In this document: piece by piece, positions 41,029 through 51,348 of the stretch
How positions within the stretch are numbered: position 1 is the first letter of the stretch
Layout: every line of letters starts with the position of its first letter
Source of the DNA: Paenibacillaceae bacterium
GTDB lineage: Bacteria; Bacillota; Bacilli; Paenibacillales; CANHGK01
Assembly (NCBI GenBank): GCA_947460235.1
Contig: CANHGK010000013.1
Span: 8,509-72,508 of the forward strand
Direction of reading: 5' to 3'
DNA: 64,000 nt
Program-made: the position numbers and the translations under genes
Notes under the pieces: model-generated
What the model was told of the DNA's origin: nothing
The model's input: only the letters and a program-made list of their open reading frames with translations
Databases searched by the model: none

Positions 41029-44000
41029 GTGTTTATCAATCAACGACTTCGACGTAAATCAATTTTGTCTATTATTTTTGCGTTATTTACGTTACTGAAT
41101 TTTATGTTTTCATACATTGCATACGCGCAAGGAACAACATCCAATAAAATCGTTCAATTACAATCCGATTGGGCTTACGCATGGGGAGACGTAAGTCCTC
41201 ACGCAACAAAAGGAATCAAGTGGAATCCCGTTTCTTCATTAAACAATGTAAATGCTCCTGTAGAAACGTCGGTCGCACCACTAATCACCTTCAAAACGAA
41301 ATTGCCACAAGTATCCTGCAGCACATGTGTAATCTTTATCAATCATTATGTACGCGCCTATGATCTATACCTAGGTAACGAGAGAATTTATCGCAGCAAC
41401 GTTGGCAATCAATTGATGAACCTAACGATGGGCAAACCCGCCTTAACTGTTCAATTACCCGCTCATTCCGAAAATCAAGAACTTTTGATTGTAACAAATC
41501 TTTATAATCGATCATTTCCCATTTATGATCCGATTTATTTTGGGGAAGAAAAAGAAATTTTAAATCAACTGTGGGCTAATGATGAATCAAAACTCATGAT
41601 TGGTGCGCTCATTTTATTAATTGGAATTATCTCCTTTATGTTGTTCGTTTCATTAAATCGTGATTATGCATTTTTATTTCTCGGTTTATGCGCGCTTGAT
41701 ATCGGAACATATATGATCTGTTCTGCGGATATTGTTATTTTTTTCTCGAACCATCCTGTCCTTTGGGATTATACCGAATATATTTTAATTTACATAATGC
41801 CCGTTTTGGCATGGTTATACTTCCGGCGATTTGTAAAAGAGAATAAACTCGTCGATTGGTTAATCATTGGTAGCACAACAGTATTCATGATCAATGCAAT
41901 CATTTTTCAGTTTTTAGGAAAACCAATGATTGATTGGGCAGATGATCACCGCTACATTTTTATGATGACGATCGTACTGGTCTTTTGGAGACTTATAAAA
42001 TCCGCAAATAAAGATAATCGTGATGCACGATTCATCTTATTATCCTTCATGATTACATGTGGAATGACCTTGATTAAATTAGTTGTAGACATCTTTGTCA
42101 CCGATTCAGGAAATTTAATCCCTTACTGCGGCGGATTTTTTATGCTATCCCAATTGTTTGTATTGACGAACCGTTTCCGACGATTAAATGAAGAACTAAC
42201 GTTGCGCGGAGACAATTTGGAACAGATGAACGAAAAATTACGACAAATGGATCAAATCAAAGATTCCATTATGGCAAATACATCCCATGAATTACGAACA
42301 CCACTCCATGGCATGATCGGGTTAGCTGAATCATTACTCGAAACATCTGAAGATCTTTCAACGCAATTAAAAAATCCATTAAAAATGATCGTCTCTAGTG
42401 GACGACGCCTTCAAAAATTAATCGAAGATATTTTGGACTTCAACCACATTCGGCAAAACAAGTTGAATTTGAACCTTCAATCGATCGCATTAAAACCTGC
42501 CGTAGATGAAGTTATTCAATTAACAAAACATATTTTAGCAAATAAACCAGTAAACATTTCCAATCAAATTTCGGAAGACATTTTGAATGTATATGCGGAT
42601 GAAAATCGACTCCATCAAATGCTCCATCACCTCATCGGAAATGCGATGAAATTTACGAATAATGGTGAGATTACCATTACTGCCGCACAGCAAAATCATG
42701 TCATGATTATCGAAGTGAAAGACACCGGGATCGGAATTGAACCAACTAGTTTGGAACGTATTTTTGAGTTGTTTGAACAAGCGGACACACGCACCGAACG
42801 CGTGTATGGCGGAACTGGCATCGGTTTGGCGATCACTCGTAATTTGGCACAAATGCACAATGGAAGTCTAACGGTTTCTTCCGTACCCGGTAAAGGTTCG
42901 ATTTTTACGCTGTCGTTACCAACTTCCATTCATCAAGATGTCTCAGTTCGCAAACGAATTGATGAATCTCCAGTTCATCGAATCGATCCGATTCCAATTT
43001 TGAAGGACTTGCCGGCAATCACTACATCCAATCAGATGAACGATCAATCCGCCATGATTTGGTGTGTTGACGATGAACCTATCAATCTTCAAGTATTATT
43101 AAGTCATCTAAAAATGGCAGGTTATCACGTTGAGTTGTTCGAGTCTGGGCCGGAAATGCTTGATGCATTGAAAAAAACAGAAATTTTTCCTGATGTCCTA
43201 GTGGTCGATGTGATGATGCCGCTAATGAATGGATATGAATTAACACAAATTATACGAAAACAGCACTCGGCCAGTGAATTACCGATTTTGATGTTAACCG
43301 CACGCAGTCAAAGCAGCGATATTTTGGAAGGATTCGAATCGGGTGCAAATGATTATTTAATTAAACCTTTTTCCAAACCAGAATTACTTGCCCGATTAAA
43401 CATTCAAGTACAATTGGCAAAAGAATATGCACAAAATGAAATAAAACTGATCAAGAAAACTGAGCAAGTGCATCATATTATGAAACAGGCTTTGCAAGGA
43501 TATTTACTTTTCAACAATGAATTAATGATCACTCCTGAGCACAGCGAACAATGTCATGAATTATTAGGCATGAACCCAACCGGTTCCTCAATCGCAGAAT
43601 TGATTACAATTGATGATCCGCAATCGTTGAATTGGACGAAACAATTATTAATCGGATTATTTGATCTGCAAGATCATCTCATGCTAGAAACGTATCTTAC
43701 CTTAATTCGAAATGAGATCGCGATAAATGGACGAATTATCGGGTTGCAATTTAAGCCCGTATTAAATTCGGAAGGTAGCGTGCATATGTTCATGTGTATC
43801 TTGTCCGATTTATCCGATCAAAAATTACTTGAGAAAAAATTGCGTTCAGAAGAACAATTACTTCGCATGGCCGTCTCAGTCATGGCAAACCCAGACGATT
43901 ATAATCAATTAATTGAAGAGTTCCGTCATTTTATCGAACAACAACTTCCAAAGTTAACCGAAGAATTGGTAGAAAATGTGACCCCTGACTTGTTTGTTAT

Positions 44001-44799
44001 GTCAAAAATCGAAAAATTTAAGCAACGCTTTGAAACAGTAAACTCATATTTATCGGTACCTTATTTAATCCATGCGGAAAAAGCCGTTTTGAAACACCGC
44101 GACGAGGATGTTACAGCATGGCATTCCCGGATTCAAAGCATGCAGTGGTTATCCCCAATTGAAGTGGAGCATGAACGACTCGAGAAGGTTTTGCCTGAAT
44201 CCATTTTAACTGACAGACGTTTAGGACCGCTTCGGAGCAGAGAATCACTTTTTCACTTGAAACAACAAATACTCGATCGTTTACCATTAAAAAGTTCGGT
44301 TGCTTTAATTGAAGAAGTAGAACAAATGTATCATTTACCATTTTGCCAATTGTTTGAACCACTCGATCTTGCACTACATGCATGGTCTGATCGATTAAAA
44401 AAATCCGTCAATCCCCTTCAAATTTCCGGAGGTGAATGGAAAACGGAAATTGATTCTTGGCAAAAATTCGCTCAATCGTTCGTGCATATTATTCGCGGCC
44501 AATTGGAACATCAAATTGAAACGCCTGAAGAACGAATACAGGCCAACAAACCAGAACGCGCAACGTTTTGTATTGATATTCAACGTAGCATTTCAGAAAT
44601 TATCATTCGATTTACAAATGATGGAAAAGGTGATCCGAAACTAAGCGGAGCATTGCGTCCTGGCATGTTTCCGACGACTCAATCGTATGGACTAAATATT
44701 ATTCAAGAGCAAACTGAAGTACTTGGCGGGACGATTACCATCAAATCCTCCGTTGAACTCGGGACAGAATTTATTTTTCACTTTAACTATCGCTCCTAA
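41029..44799 (+). CDS. Hybrid sensor histidine kinase (extracellular domain, multi-TM, HisKA, HATPase, REC) with degenerate CheA-like C-terminal module
   Basis: TSHELRTPLHG, GNAMKFT, DTGIG, GGTGIGL, VDDEP..DVMMP..IKPF; then HIIRGQLEHQIETPEER, NDGKG, LGGTI.I.S..ELGT; start GTG 41029 after AAGGAGG. Confidence 0.88.
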   Translation: MFINQRLRRKSILSIIFALFTLLNFMFSYIAYAQGTTSNKIVQLQSDWAYAWGDVSPHATKGIKWNPVSSLNNVNAPVETSVAPLITFKTKLPQVSCSTCVIFINHYVRAYDLYLGNERIYRSNVGNQLMNLTMGKPALTVQLPAHSENQELLIVTNLYNRSFPIYDPIYFGEEKEILNQLWANDESKLMIGALILLIGIISFMLFVSLNRDYAFLFLGLCALDIGTYMICSADIVIFFSNHPVLWDYTEYILIYIMPVLAWLYFRRFVKENKLVDWLIIGSTTVFMINAIIFQFLGKPMIDWADDHRYIFMMTIVLVFWRLIKSANKDNRDARFILLSFMITCGMTLIKLVVDIFVTDSGNLIPYCGGFFMLSQLFVLTNRFRRLNEELTLRGDNLEQMNEKLRQMDQIKDSIMANTSHELRTPLHGMIGLAESLLETSEDLSTQLKNPLKMIVSSGRRLQKLIEDILDFNHIRQNKLNLNLQSIALKPAVDEVIQLTKHILANKPVNISNQISEDILNVYADENRLHQMLHHLIGNAMKFTNNGEITITAAQQNHVMIIEVKDTGIGIEPTSLERIFELFEQADTRTERVYGGTGIGLAITRNLAQMHNGSLTVSSVPGKGSIFTLSLPTSIHQDVSVRKRIDESPVHRIDPIPILKDLPAITTSNQMNDQSAMIWCVDDEPINLQVLLSHLKMAGYHVELFESGPEMLDALKKTEIFPDVLVVDVMMPLMNGYELTQIIRKQHSASELPILMLTARSQSSDILEGFESGANDYLIKPFSKPELLARLNIQVQLAKEYAQNEIKLIKKTEQVHHIMKQALQGYLLFNNELMITPEHSEQCHELLGMNPTGSSIAELITIDDPQSLNWTKQLLIGLFDLQDHLMLETYLTLIRNEIAINGRIIGLQFKPVLNSEGSVHMFMCILSDLSDQKLLEKKLRSEEQLLRMAVSVMANPDDYNQLIEEFRHFIEQQLPKLTEELVENVTPDLFVMSKIEKFKQRFETVNSYLSVPYLIHAEKAVLKHRDEDVTAWHSRIQSMQWLSPIEVEHERLEKVLPESILTDRRLGPLRSRESLFHLKQQILDRLPLKSSVALIEEVEQMYHLPFCQLFEPLDLALHAWSDRLKKSVNPLQISGGEWKTEIDSWQKFAQSFVHIIRGQLEHQIETPEERIQANKPERATFCIDIQRSISEIIIRFTNDGKGDPKLSGALRPGMFPTTQSYGLNIIQEQTEVLGGTITIKSSVELGTEFIFHFNYRS

Positions 44800-44807
44800 T
44801 TGTTACA

Positions 44808-44836
44808 TTTACATTACTTCTCATTAAATATATAAT
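44808..44836 (+). promoter_or_regulatory. SigA promoter of the response regulator gene
   Basis: TTTACA-N17-TATAAT. Confidence 0.7.
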
Positions 44837-44885
44837 AGAAATAGTAATACATTCCTATTATTCAAAAGAATGAAGGTGATGTACA

Positions 44886-45464
44886 ATGACTTGGAGCTCT
44901 AAGCTATTCAATGTATTCCGAGCGATCATTGGTCAATCACCGAATCAGGAAACGGAACAGAACAACATTTCAGATCATCCATCAGAATCGTCTTCCATCG
45001 GATTGAATCAACTAGTGTCTACTCTACAACATGAACATACCCAACCGATCTTTGAACTCCCTAAATTGCCGAAACCGGAACAATCCGATTCGTTACTAAT
45101 TTGGGCAGTTGACGATGAACCGGTGAATTTAATGGTCATTGAAACTGCGATGTTGAATACCGGTTTTCAGGTTCGTGTGTTTGAATCAGCAACTGATGTA
45201 CTTTTTGCGATTCGCAACGAGAACGTCATTCCGCATCTGATTTTAGCTGATGTCATGATGCCAACAATGTCTGGTTTTGAATTAACGGAGATCATTCGCA
45301 TTTCATATGCCCCGAATGATTTACCAATCGTCATTGTTTCCGCAAAACATCGACAAGAAGATATCGACCAAAGTAAACGCGTCGGTGCGAATGACTTTTT
45401 AAAGAAACCTTTTGCACGTGCTGATTTACTAACACGTGTCAAAAGCCAACTGCATTCTGCATAA
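44886..45464 (+). CDS. Stand-alone receiver-domain response regulator with N-terminal extension
   Basis: VDDEPVN, ADVMMP, VSAK, DFLKKPF; no output domain. Confidence 0.88.
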   Translation: MTWSSKLFNVFRAIIGQSPNQETEQNNISDHPSESSSIGLNQLVSTLQHEHTQPIFELPKLPKPEQSDSLLIWAVDDEPVNLMVIETAMLNTGFQVRVFESATDVLFAIRNENVIPHLILADVMMPTMSGFELTEIIRISYAPNDLPIVIVSAKHRQEDIDQSKRVGANDFLKKPFARADLLTRVKSQLHSA

Positions 45465-45467
45465 TTT

Positions 45468-45513
45468 AATAGCTGATGAACGGAATTTGATTCCGATTCA
45501 ATCGGCTATTTTT
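45468..45513 (+). terminator. Intrinsic terminator
   Basis: aatagctga...tcggctatt stem followed by a T run. Confidence 0.6.
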
Positions 45514-45534
45514 GTTTGATTTGAAATCACAATG

Positions 45535-45563
45535 GAAGGAATCTCCCTCCAATTGTCGAATTT
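45535..45563 (+). promoter_or_regulatory. SigH-type promoter of the second kinase
   Basis: GAAGGAATC-N11-GTCGAATTT versus consensus RNAGGAWWW-N11/12-RNNGAATWW. Confidence 0.65.
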
Positions 45564-45601
45564 TAACATGAATTGTAAAATCAATTGATGGTGGTGTATT
45601 T

Positions 45602-48600
45602 ATGCGTGTGCTGATCATGTTGATACTATGTATTTATACAGGTTATTTAAGTATTGCCTATGCTGAATCTACGTCATCCGTTCAATCGATGGAAAAATGG
45701 ATGTTCAGCGCCGGAGCAGTAACTTCTTCTACGATTAATTCATCCAAGTGGAGTCCATTAGATAAGTTCTCAGATCATCAAACCGAATTGCAAGCTGCGA
45801 ATCAAATTATCACGTACAAAACCACACTTCCAACAACCAATTGTAAATCGTGTGCGATCTATATTGCGAATCGCGGATATGAAATCGAAATTGATGGCAA
45901 ACTTGTCGCGACCGCCGGCGGTGGAATTAAACCAGTTCATTTCCCAATGGGTAAATCACAAAATTTAGTTCATTTAGATGCAAATGAAGATGGAAAAACA
46001 ATATTAATTCGAATGAATAATTCCGTTCGAAAAAATGTACTTGAATTACCCATCCAATACGGACAATCCGAAAATATCATCAAGAATCATATGGTAGAAG
46101 ATGCATTTACAATTCGTATGGCAGAATTTGTGATCATGGTTTCGATCATCTCATTAATTATGTATTTCTCGATGAATCGAAATTATACGTATTTAACCTT
46201 TGCGATTGCCGCACTGAACATTGGAATTTTCATGTTTGTTCGAACACCAACATCCACCTTGATTTGGTTTGAATCGTCTCCCCTAAGCGATATACTTGAA
46301 TATTTCGGAATCTATTTTTTGCCAATCACGTGCTGGAATTATGTTCGTTCGATCGTATCAGCTCCAAATTGGTTACACCGCTTAAATCTATGGATTCCGA
46401 GTTTATTTATTGTATGGATACTGATCAATTGGACATTAGAAGGGGTTCCCCCGTTTGATTTTGTTATGACAGGAGAACTTATCTTATTATTTTCATTTCT
46501 CTGCATCATCAGTTTGCTACTATTTCATGGATTAAAAGGTGATCAAAATGCACGGTTAATCGGTCTTTTACTTGGGATTTCCGGTTTTCTCGCCATCATT
46601 GAAACGATGACGTACGTTATCGGATTACCAAGAATCAATTTAACTGCCTTTTCTTCTGCTTTTTTCATTGCATCACAACTTTGCATATTCTTAAACCGCG
46701 TTCAACGATTGAACAAACATTTAAATGAACAAAAAATTCATCTACAAAACTTGAACGAGCGGTTGACTAATTTGAATCAATTAAAAGATGAATTTATTGC
46801 AAATACATCCCATGAACTTCGTACCCCACTTCACGGAATGATCGGATTGGCAGATGCGATGTTAGATGGTGGTAGTGGCACTTTAACTCCTGCTGCAAAA
46901 AAGAACTTGGAAATGATTATCGCGAGTGGTCGCCGCTTAACTAATCTTGTGAATGATTTACTTGATTTCGCTAAAATTCGCAGCAATGGGCTACAATTGG
47001 TCATACAGCCATTGCATATTTTTGAATTGATTGATTCCGTCGTTACGATGGCGAAACCAACGCTTGGAAACAAACCGGTTGTTCTATCAAACCGAATTCA
47101 AATGAATACACCATTAATTCTTGCCGATGAAAATCGGATGCAACAAATGTTACACAATCTCGTTGGTAATGCGATTAAATTCACAACTTCCGGACGAATT
47201 GAGATTGCCGCAACATGGAATGAAGAAAATGTTGCGATCACCGTACTTGATACTGGAATTGGTATACCTGCACATAAAATAAATCAAATTTTTGAATCAT
47301 TTGAACAGGCTGACGGTGCAATTGCCCGTGAATATGGTGGAACTGGACTGGGATTAGCCATTACAAAACAGCTTGCATTGCTGCAAAAAGGTACAATAGA
47401 TGTCAAATCTTCCGTCGGAGACGGCTCTGTATTTACATTGATTTTACCAAGAGCGACAGATACACGAATTAACCCAACCACATCAACTGAAGGTACCGAT
47501 AATATAACTTCAACCGGATCTTCTGCATTATCTGATTTCGAATTGTTACAACTGCAACGTTTTAACACATCTACCGTTGTCCATCAAGAAATCATTCGGA
47601 ATATTGTTGAAGAAACTGACGATTCCATTTCTCTTCAAGAAACGAAAGCAGTCATTTGGTGCGTAGATGATGAACCAGTAAACTTACAAGTATTAAAAAA
47701 TCATTTATTAATGGAAGGTTACGATGCGCATCTTTTTAATGATGCCATAGAATTATTGAATGCAATGGAAACAACAGAACGTTTCCCTGATCTTATGATC
47801 GTTGACGTCATGATGCCCTATATGTCAGGATTTGAATTAACTCGAAAACTTCGCGAACAACATCACGCTAGCGAATTACCGATCATTATATTAACGGCAA
47901 AAAGTCAAAGCGAAGACATTATTGAAGGTTTTACAGCGGGGGCTAACGATTATATTATCAAGCCTTTCGTCAAATCAGAATTGCTTGCACGGATGGAATT
48001 ACATCTGCAATTATCCAAACGACACGCAAATTTGGAGAACCAAGTGAAAACAAACGAAACTGCGGTCAAACAAATGATCGCCAGTGTAGCGCAAGCGGTT
48101 TTAATGTTTGATTCAACACTTGTGATTTCCGGTGAATATACCCCAATATGTAAATCAATCATCGGAAAAGATCCGAATGGCTATCCAATCCAACACATTC
48201 TTGCTGCGAATGATGAAAAAATGCAAAAATGGTTCGTTTCCATGTTCCAAGACTTATTTGCAGCTACTTCAATTCCAAATATTGAAACGTATTTTTCACT
48301 CATCCCAGATCAACTCGAGATTAACGAAAAATTGATTGGTGTCAAAATGCAACCTGTACGTAATCCAAATGGAAAATTAATGTGGATCATGGTTGTGCTG
48401 AGTGATTTATCAGACCAAATGCTACTTGATCAACATTTAGCGGAAGAAGAAAAATTACTTCGCATGGTAGTTCGGATTGTCTCGAACGCCAAAGCATATG
48501 AAACGCTCGTTCAAAATTATCGTACGTTTATCGATGAAACACTTCCTAAACTTGCTGAAGAAACATTTGACGATCAACCGAGTGAGCATTATTTACTCAC

Positions 48601-49282
48601 ACAAATTTCAGATTTTCGCGTCGGTTTTGAGAAATTAAATTCGTTTATGCTCGCACCCTATTTGGCACATGTGTATCCATTACTTAAAAAGCTTCACGGG
48701 GAAGAATCATCTGAATGGATCGAACGTATTCAATCGTTAAGTTGGATTTCACCACTTGAATTAGAACAAGAACGTATGCGATCGGTGTTACCGGAACAAC
48801 CATTAACCATTCAAAATGACGTCGTATATAGTGAACGCGATTCGTTATTCGAATTAAAACAACATATTATGGATACTTTGCCACTTCAGGATACAAAAGA
48901 ATTAATTAGTGAAATTGAGCAATTATATTACTTTCCGTATCGAAGTTTATTTATTTCTTTGATTGAACGCTTTCCAAACGCCACGATGCAGGGCGGAGAA
49001 TGGACACTTGATTTGGATCCATGGGAATCTTGGGCAAGTATGATTTGTGATTCGATCTTGGAAGAAAGTTCAACACTTGATCGTTCTTTGTTAACATTAG
49101 GAATTACGATCTTACGTGAATCTCAACTTATGGATATCATCTTCCTTCTAGATGGCTTCACAATTACAGACGCTAACCTTGAACAAATCCAATTGCTAAC
49201 ATTGCGTTTTGGCGGTTCAACATTGGTTGAAACAAATAATCAAGAAATGGTGCTTAAATTTACATTTGCAATGTTTAATTAA
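45602..49282 (+). CDS. Hybrid sensor histidine kinase, paralog 2, with more eroded CheA-like tail
   Basis: TSHELRTPLHG, GNAIKFT, DTGIG, GGTGLGL, VDDEP..DVMMP..IKPF; C-terminal ~400 aa collinear with paralog 1. Confidence 0.88.
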   Translation: MRVLIMLILCIYTGYLSIAYAESTSSVQSMEKWMFSAGAVTSSTINSSKWSPLDKFSDHQTELQAANQIITYKTTLPTTNCKSCAIYIANRGYEIEIDGKLVATAGGGIKPVHFPMGKSQNLVHLDANEDGKTILIRMNNSVRKNVLELPIQYGQSENIIKNHMVEDAFTIRMAEFVIMVSIISLIMYFSMNRNYTYLTFAIAALNIGIFMFVRTPTSTLIWFESSPLSDILEYFGIYFLPITCWNYVRSIVSAPNWLHRLNLWIPSLFIVWILINWTLEGVPPFDFVMTGELILLFSFLCIISLLLFHGLKGDQNARLIGLLLGISGFLAIIETMTYVIGLPRINLTAFSSAFFIASQLCIFLNRVQRLNKHLNEQKIHLQNLNERLTNLNQLKDEFIANTSHELRTPLHGMIGLADAMLDGGSGTLTPAAKKNLEMIIASGRRLTNLVNDLLDFAKIRSNGLQLVIQPLHIFELIDSVVTMAKPTLGNKPVVLSNRIQMNTPLILADENRMQQMLHNLVGNAIKFTTSGRIEIAATWNEENVAITVLDTGIGIPAHKINQIFESFEQADGAIAREYGGTGLGLAITKQLALLQKGTIDVKSSVGDGSVFTLILPRATDTRINPTTSTEGTDNITSTGSSALSDFELLQLQRFNTSTVVHQEIIRNIVEETDDSISLQETKAVIWCVDDEPVNLQVLKNHLLMEGYDAHLFNDAIELLNAMETTERFPDLMIVDVMMPYMSGFELTRKLREQHHASELPIIILTAKSQSEDIIEGFTAGANDYIIKPFVKSELLARMELHLQLSKRHANLENQVKTNETAVKQMIASVAQAVLMFDSTLVISGEYTPICKSIIGKDPNGYPIQHILAANDEKMQKWFVSMFQDLFAATSIPNIETYFSLIPDQLEINEKLIGVKMQPVRNPNGKLMWIMVVLSDLSDQMLLDQHLAEEEKLLRMVVRIVSNAKAYETLVQNYRTFIDETLPKLAEETFDDQPSEHYLLTQISDFRVGFEKLNSFMLAPYLAHVYPLLKKLHGEESSEWIERIQSLSWISPLELEQERMRSVLPEQPLTIQNDVVYSERDSLFELKQHIMDTLPLQDTKELISEIEQLYYFPYRSLFISLIERFPNATMQGGEWTLDLDPWESWASMICDSILEESSTLDRSLLTLGITILRESQLMDIIFLLDGFTITDANLEQIQLLTLRFGGSTLVETNNQEMVLKFTFAMFN

Positions 49283-49320
49283 CCATGAAAGTGCTACAAA
49301 CTAGAAAATGTAAATAAAGG

Positions 49321-49367
49321 AAAAAGGTAATCACTCGCGAATATTACTTCGAGCGGTTACTTTTTTT
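49321..49367 (+). terminator. Intrinsic terminator
   Basis: aaaaaggtaatcactcg...cgagcggttacttttttt. Confidence 0.6.
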
Positions 49368-49384
49368 GTTAGGAGGCTTAACTT

Positions 49385-51298
49385 TTGATTAAACTTACAA
49401 ACTCGAAAAGCCTCATTTTGATGGTTAGCGTCTTTTTCATTCTAATTATAGGAGCAAGTAATGCATATGTTTCACATGCATATGCTGAAAATTCAGGAGC
49501 AGCTCCAATCAAGTTACGATGGGAATGGACGAGCGGTATCGTGACCCCTGAAACGAAGAACCTTGCAACATGGCAATTGATCAACTCATTAGAAGAATCA
49601 CCCCACGCTGTTTCAGAGGTCGGTCGTATTATTAGTTATCGACTTTCGATACCACCGTTGATGTGCGATCAATGTGTCATCTCAATTCACGATATTTACA
49701 GGAATTACGACATTTATTTGAACGGGAGATTATTTCATAACTTTGGAACAATTAATACGAACACCCCTGATTCATTAGGTAATCCGATTGAGCGGTTTCA
49801 TCTACCTAGTCAAACACCGATTGAATTGTTAATCGTCGTAAAGGGCTTGAAAAAGGACGTCGGAATTTATGGCCCCGTTTTTGTTGGTGATGCAGATGAG
49901 TTACTCCAAACCGATATGCGTAAAACCATGGCTTGGTTAATCGTTGTCGCATTCACTTTTTTTGCGAGTGTATATAATTTGATCGTATTTTTTCCGGTCC
50001 GCTGGGAACGTGTTGAATTATATTTCAGTATTACTGCACTAATTTCATCGGTATATCTCATATGCCGAATTGATTTGATACGATGGTTTGTCGATGCTCC
50101 GGTATTTTTTGATTTTACGGAATACATCTCATTTGATTTGATGGCACTATCGTGTTGGTTATACTTTTGTGAGTTTTTCTTGGCAAAACAACGTTGGGCC
50201 ACAGGTATCACTTTGGGATATTCGTTATTGATTGCGTACATTACCATCCAAACCATTACTGGCTCTCATTTACCTCATGAATATACGTCAATTGTCATCC
50301 TGTTAACTGCTTTTATTTTACTTTTGATGATCGTGATTAGCATCTTTGCATCATTCAAAAAACGTGAACATTCCCTTTTTTTCGTTGGTACATTTGGATT
50401 ATGCATTTTGTTATGTTTACTTGGACTTTATGAATCCGTTTGGGGAAACAATCAATTCGAATTAGGACCTTATATTTTGTTAACATTTGTTAGTTCACAA
50501 CTGTATTTACTATCAAGCCGCTCCAGACAATTGAATAAAACATTGAACACTCAAACCATCGAACTTGAACAAAAAAATCAAGATCTAATTAAGTTAGATA
50601 AAGTTAAAGATGAATTTTTGGCGATGACGTCCCATGAATTGCGCACGCCATTAAACGGAATTATCGGATTGTCTGAATCCCTAATCGAAGGTGCAGCAGG
50701 TCCGATCAATCGCGTCATGCGTGATAATTTACAGATGATCATGAACAGTGGAAAACGACTTGCCAATCTCGTCAATGATATTTTAGACATATCTCAAATG
50801 CGTATCAAAGGAATTCAACTAAAACGTGCTCCTTTGCATATCCGAAATATTACAGATCTCGTATCGCAAGCGCTACAACCCGTTTTGCGCGAACAAGTCA
50901 CATTGATCAATTCCATTGAATTAGGAACGCCAGAAATATACGGGGACAACAATCGACTCCAGCAAGTTTTATATAATTTATTCGGAAATGCGATGAAGTT
51001 TACACATATCGGCTCGATATCCGTTTGGACGACATGGGATACAAAATCCGTTCATTTACACATTAAAGATACGGGCATAGGCATTGCAACTGAAAAACAA
51101 GAAACAATCTTCCAACCTTTCGAACAAGCGGATTATACAATTGAACGCAGATATGGTGGCAACGGACTCGGGTTATCGATTTCTAAACAGTTGATTGAGT
51201 TACACGATGGGACGATCAAACTAAATTCTAAGCTCGGTGTCGGGTCAGAATTTATTATCTCGTTACCACGTGCAGATCATTATTTATTCAAAAAATAA
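49385..51298 (+). CDS. Sensor histidine kinase, paralog 3 (no REC domain)
   Basis: Same N-terminal extracellular and multi-TM layout; TSHELRTPLNG, GNAMKFT, DTGIG, GGNGLGL. Confidence 0.9.
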   Translation: MIKLTNSKSLILMVSVFFILIIGASNAYVSHAYAENSGAAPIKLRWEWTSGIVTPETKNLATWQLINSLEESPHAVSEVGRIISYRLSIPPLMCDQCVISIHDIYRNYDIYLNGRLFHNFGTINTNTPDSLGNPIERFHLPSQTPIELLIVVKGLKKDVGIYGPVFVGDADELLQTDMRKTMAWLIVVAFTFFASVYNLIVFFPVRWERVELYFSITALISSVYLICRIDLIRWFVDAPVFFDFTEYISFDLMALSCWLYFCEFFLAKQRWATGITLGYSLLIAYITIQTITGSHLPHEYTSIVILLTAFILLLMIVISIFASFKKREHSLFFVGTFGLCILLCLLGLYESVWGNNQFELGPYILLTFVSSQLYLLSSRSRQLNKTLNTQTIELEQKNQDLIKLDKVKDEFLAMTSHELRTPLNGIIGLSESLIEGAAGPINRVMRDNLQMIMNSGKRLANLVNDILDISQMRIKGIQLKRAPLHIRNITDLVSQALQPVLREQVTLINSIELGTPEIYGDNNRLQQVLYNLFGNAMKFTHIGSISVWTTWDTKSVHLHIKDTGIGIATEKQETIFQPFEQADYTIERRYGGNGLGLSISKQLIELHDGTIKLNSKLGVGSEFIISLPRADHYLFKK

Positions 51299-51304
51299 TT
51301 AAAC

Positions 51305-51342
51305 AAACCCCTCTGCATATCAATTCTCGCAGAGGGGTTTTT
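51305..51342. terminator. Bidirectional terminator
   Basis: aaacccctctgc...gcagaggggttt between convergent genes. Confidence 0.8.
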
Positions 51343-51348
51343 GAAATA

